Part shown: positions 61,145 to 64,000 of the stretch, in pieces
How positions within the stretch are numbered: position 1 is the first letter of the stretch
Layout: every line of letters begins with the position of its first letter
Assembly: GCA_963697545.1 (NCBI GenBank)
Contig: CAVOOL010000022.1
Location: 12,979-76,978, forward strand
Reading direction: 5' to 3'
DNA length: 64,000 bases
DNA from: an uncultured Bacteroidota bacterium
Lineage (GTDB): Bacteria > Bacteroidota > Bacteroidia > Chitinophagales > Chitinophagaceae
Notes under the pieces: generated by a model
What the model was told of the DNA's origin: nothing
The model's database searches: none
What the model saw: only the letters and a program-made list of their open reading frames with translations
Program-made: the position numbers and the translations under genes

Positions 61145-62146
61145 TTAAGCCGCAATCATTTTCACCACCATCTCCTTCAACAGGTCAGCGTCTTCGGTTC
61201 CGGCATCGTTAACGCCAATGTTCCGCAAATTATATTCATGCAAAAGCAGTAATACTTTTTCTATTTCGTGGTGGCTGAATTTCATAGCGGTTTGCACATA
61301 ATCTTTAACAAAAAAGGCATGCACCCCAATGGCGGCGGCCACAGATTTTTCATCCCGTGCCGGAACAGAATAAACCATCAGCACCTTGCTAAAAAAATTA
61401 TACAGCGAAGGAAAGATCAATTGCAGCGGCGCTGCTTTCGGATTAGCCCCGAAGTATTGAATAATGCGAACCGCTTTGTAAAGATCTTTGGCGGCAATAG
61501 CCTGCTGCAATTCAAAAACATTGAACTCTTTGCTGATGCCTACAAAATTTTCAATATCATCTTCCGTAATATTTTTACGGTTCGTAAGGTTCAGCACCAG
61601 TTTATCCACTTCATTATTTAACCGGCTCAGGTCATTGCCAATATGATCGATTAACAGGAACAAAGCTTTGTTGGAAATAGAATAGCCCTTCGATTTTATC
61701 AGTTCACTTGTCCATTCGGGCAGGGCATTATCATACATTTTTTTTGTAGTATATAACACAGCTTTATCCTTAAGGATTTTAGCCAGCTTGGTCCGCCCGT
61801 CAAGCTTTTTATTTTTATAGGCCACAAAAAATAAGGTAGAAGAAAGCGGTTTTTCAATATAGCTTTCCAGCTTATCAATATCCTTCATGCTTTGTGCTTC
61901 TTTAAGGATCACCACCTGCCTTTCAGAGAACATGGGATAACGTTTGCAGGAATTTACAACATCGGTCCAGGCGGCGTCTCTTCCATAAAATACGGTAAGA
62001 TTAAAACCGGCTTCACTTTCTGTTAAAATTTTGTTTTCGGCATAGTGAATTACCTGGTCAATAAAGTATTCTTCCTCTCCTTCCAGCCAATAAACCGGCT
62101 TGAAATTCTGTTTCTTCAAATCATTTATTATCTTTTCGGCGCTCAT
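61145..62146 (-). CDS. holA: DNA polymerase III delta subunit
   Basis: PVYWLEGEEEYFID, FNLTVFYG, YPMFSERQVVILKEAQ and SKEFNVFELQ motifs; start taken as MSAEK. Confidence 0.93.
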   Translation of the reverse strand: MSAEKIINDLKKQNFKPVYWLEGEEEYFIDQVIHYAENKILTESEAGFNLTVFYGRDAAWTDVVNSCKRYPMFSERQVVILKEAQSMKDIDKLESYIEKPLSSTLFFVAYKNKKLDGRTKLAKILKDKAVLYTTKKMYDNALPEWTSELIKSKGYSISNKALFLLIDHIGNDLSRLNNEVDKLVLNLTNRKNITEDDIENFVGISKEFNVFELQQAIAAKDLYKAVRIIQYFGANPKAAPLQLIFPSLYNFFSKVLMVYSVPARDEKSVAAAIGVHAFFVKDYVQTAMKFSHHEIEKVLLLLHEYNLRNIGVNDAGTEDADLLKEMVVKMIAA

Positions 62147-62180
62147 AGTATAAAGGCTTAAAAATGGCTCAATTTTTTTC

Positions 62181-62195
62181 TGGCACGGTTTTCGA
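62181..62195 (+). promoter_or_regulatory. sigma54-like promoter
   Basis: TGGCAC-ggttt-TCGA upstream of the 62280 ORF. Confidence 0.4.
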
Positions 62196-62279
62196 ACAAG
62201 GTGCCTCAAACTCAAAAATAAGTTTTCGACCTAACCAATAAAAATCAAATATCGTTTAACTCAAAACCCCCTTTCAACG

Positions 62280-63269
62280 ATGGCAAATACAAATTATCCT
62301 TCTGCTGAAAATTCACAAAATCCCAATCGCCCGGAGAGAAACAACAACTCTACCAAGAACATTCTGATTGGTGTTTTAGCGGCCTTTCTTTTAGGAACGT
62401 GGGCTTATTTCTTATATGATAAGAATGATTCCACCAAGCAAATCCAGGTTAAGACAGCGGAAGTCAGCACTGCAATGACTGCAAAAGATTCTGTTCAGTT
62501 ATTGTATAACGATGCCCTGACAAGATTGGATTCCATTACAGGCAGCAACAATAACCTTAGCGGACAGTTAAGTGATCGTCAGTCCGACATCACCAAACTG
62601 AAAAACGAGATCAACCGCATCATGAGGGATAAGAATGCGACTGCTGCTGATTACAGAAAAGCAAAATCTCTTATCTCTGAATTAAATGGTAAGATTGCCA
62701 ACCTTGAAATGGAAGTAGCCCGGTTAAGTGGTGAAAACCAGCAATTGGCTGCTACCAACACCCATTTAACACAAGAGAGGAATGTATTGCAAACGAATCT
62801 GCAAACAACTACTGCCGAAAAAGAAGAATTAGCTTCTACAGTAGATGTAGCTTCTACCTTTACCGCCTCTAATATCCAGATCACGCCGATCCACGAAAAA
62901 AAGAACGGTAAAGAAAAAGTAACAACCACAGCAAAGCGTGTAGATAAATTAGTTGTTTCTTTTGATGTAGAGAACCGTGTGGCTCGTTCTGGTCCTGCAG
63001 ATATGTATGTGATCGTTACGGGTCCTGATGGTAAAGTGATTAATGATCCAAACCTGGGCTCATCTACGTTAACTACACGTAATGATGGTGACAAACCTTA
63101 TACGTTTAAAACTACAGCAGAATACGAGCAGGGCACACGCAAAACGGTTTCAGTTCCGTTGCGTCAAAACAATTTCCAAACCGGTGATTACAAAATTGAA
63201 GTATATCAAAACGGTTTTAAAATAGCTGAGGGTGTAAGAACCCTGAAAAAAGGTGGTTTATTCGGTTAA
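62280..63269 (+). CDS. Membrane-anchored coiled-coil protein with a C-terminal beta domain
   Basis: One TM helix (ILIGVLAAFLLGTWAYFLY), a long heptad region and a beta-rich tail (GDYKIEVY). Confidence 0.8.
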   Translation: MANTNYPSAENSQNPNRPERNNNSTKNILIGVLAAFLLGTWAYFLYDKNDSTKQIQVKTAEVSTAMTAKDSVQLLYNDALTRLDSITGSNNNLSGQLSDRQSDITKLKNEINRIMRDKNATAADYRKAKSLISELNGKIANLEMEVARLSGENQQLAATNTHLTQERNVLQTNLQTTTAEKEELASTVDVASTFTASNIQITPIHEKKNGKEKVTTTAKRVDKLVVSFDVENRVARSGPADMYVIVTGPDGKVINDPNLGSSTLTTRNDGDKPYTFKTTAEYEQGTRKTVSVPLRQNNFQTGDYKIEVYQNGFKIAEGVRTLKKGGLFG

Positions 63270-63289
63270 TTCTCAATTCGAACTCCTAC

Positions 63290-63328
63290 AAAAAAAGCCG
63301 TCTCAGTTTAGCTGGGACGGCTTTTTTT
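63290..63328. terminator. Bidirectional terminator
   Basis: AAAAAAAGCCGTCTCAG-ttta-GCTGGGACGGCTTTTTTT. Confidence 0.8.
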
Positions 63329-63350
63329 GTAAAAAGAGTTGTATTAACTT

Positions 63351-64000
63351 TTATTGTGGTACGCAGCACCTGGTCAATTTTGTGCAGTACCCCGTTGATA
63401 TAGTTTTGATCACTTGTGGCCCCCGGCAATGGATTAATAAGAATATTGGAGGCAGTAGCATTCGCTGCTCCTTTCACCGTAGCTGCCGTAACGCCGGTAG
63501 CACCAAACGTAGCCTGTACGGCTACACCCGGATGTGTCGGAATGACGCTGTTCAGCAAGGTAGGCGTGTTAGTAGCAGTGGTTGGAAGATTTACGCTGAA
63601 AGCTCTTGCTCCCAACAGGTGGTACACAACAATTCCTTTAACTGTTTGCAGCAGTCAATACGCTGAATAAATCTGGGTTTTGAAATACAGCCGGAGTGGA
63701 AGCAATGGTTGTGGCTTGTCCCTGAGCAATGGCAGGCGCCTGTGCAGCTGCCAGGGCTGGAGCTTGTGCGGCTGCCTGATCCGGTGTAGCACCACCTGCA
63801 ATCAATTGCTGTGTGATGACAGGGATCAGCTGCTGTGTAACAACAGGTATCAAAGCCTGCGTGATTTGTGCGGTCAGTACCTGCTGAAAGGCGGTATTGG
63901 TTGGCGCAAATACCGTAAGGTTTGCAGCAGGATTTAACAAAGCTCCCATTAAAGAGGTGGCGGCGGTAGAACCGCTATCTGCTCTTAATATGGCTGCTTT
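63351..64000 (-). CDS. Fasciclin (FAS1) domain protein, C-terminal part; frameshifts near 63635 and 63360
   Basis: LTVFAPTNTAF (H1) and NGVLHKIDQVL (H2); corrected end VLRPQ-stop lies just before the terminator. Confidence 0.85.

Overview
Core-genome region of a Bacteroidota bacterium, most likely Chitinophagaceae (gene content, TAnnTTTG promoter boxes, A-rich starts without Shine-Dalgarno sites). It holds about 55 genes. Housekeeping: dnaG, an EF-G2-type fusA paralog, plsY, prmA, rpsO-pnp, miaE, rlmB, metK, panB/C/D, ppk1-ppx, ftsE, purM, ribF, holA, tRNA-His. Also three TonB-type receptors, OmpA, proteases, a LiaF/LytS/LytTR module and a BlaI plus M56-amidase-TonB fusion. There is no CRISPR array, integrase, transposase, prophage or rRNA. 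More than 20 single-base frameshifts, many in conserved genes, look like long-read or assembly indels rather than real pseudogenes. The most interesting signals are non-coding. (1) Several families of dispersed palindromic or heptamer repeats, including a 20-bp GTACAAGAGTGCGACGCAAC family in 6 copies that brackets nested repeat islands, and a 300-bp inverted-repeat element whose ends run into rlmB and the HMG-CoA lyase gene. (2) At least 7 genes whose start codon lies only 4-6 nt after the -7 promoter box, suggesting leaderless mRNAs. (3) Five sigma54-like promoters ahead of stress-type genes and the EF-G2 locus. (4) Operator-like sites for the local BlaI, LytTR and Crp/Fnr regulators. All annotation is by eye; no database searches were run.
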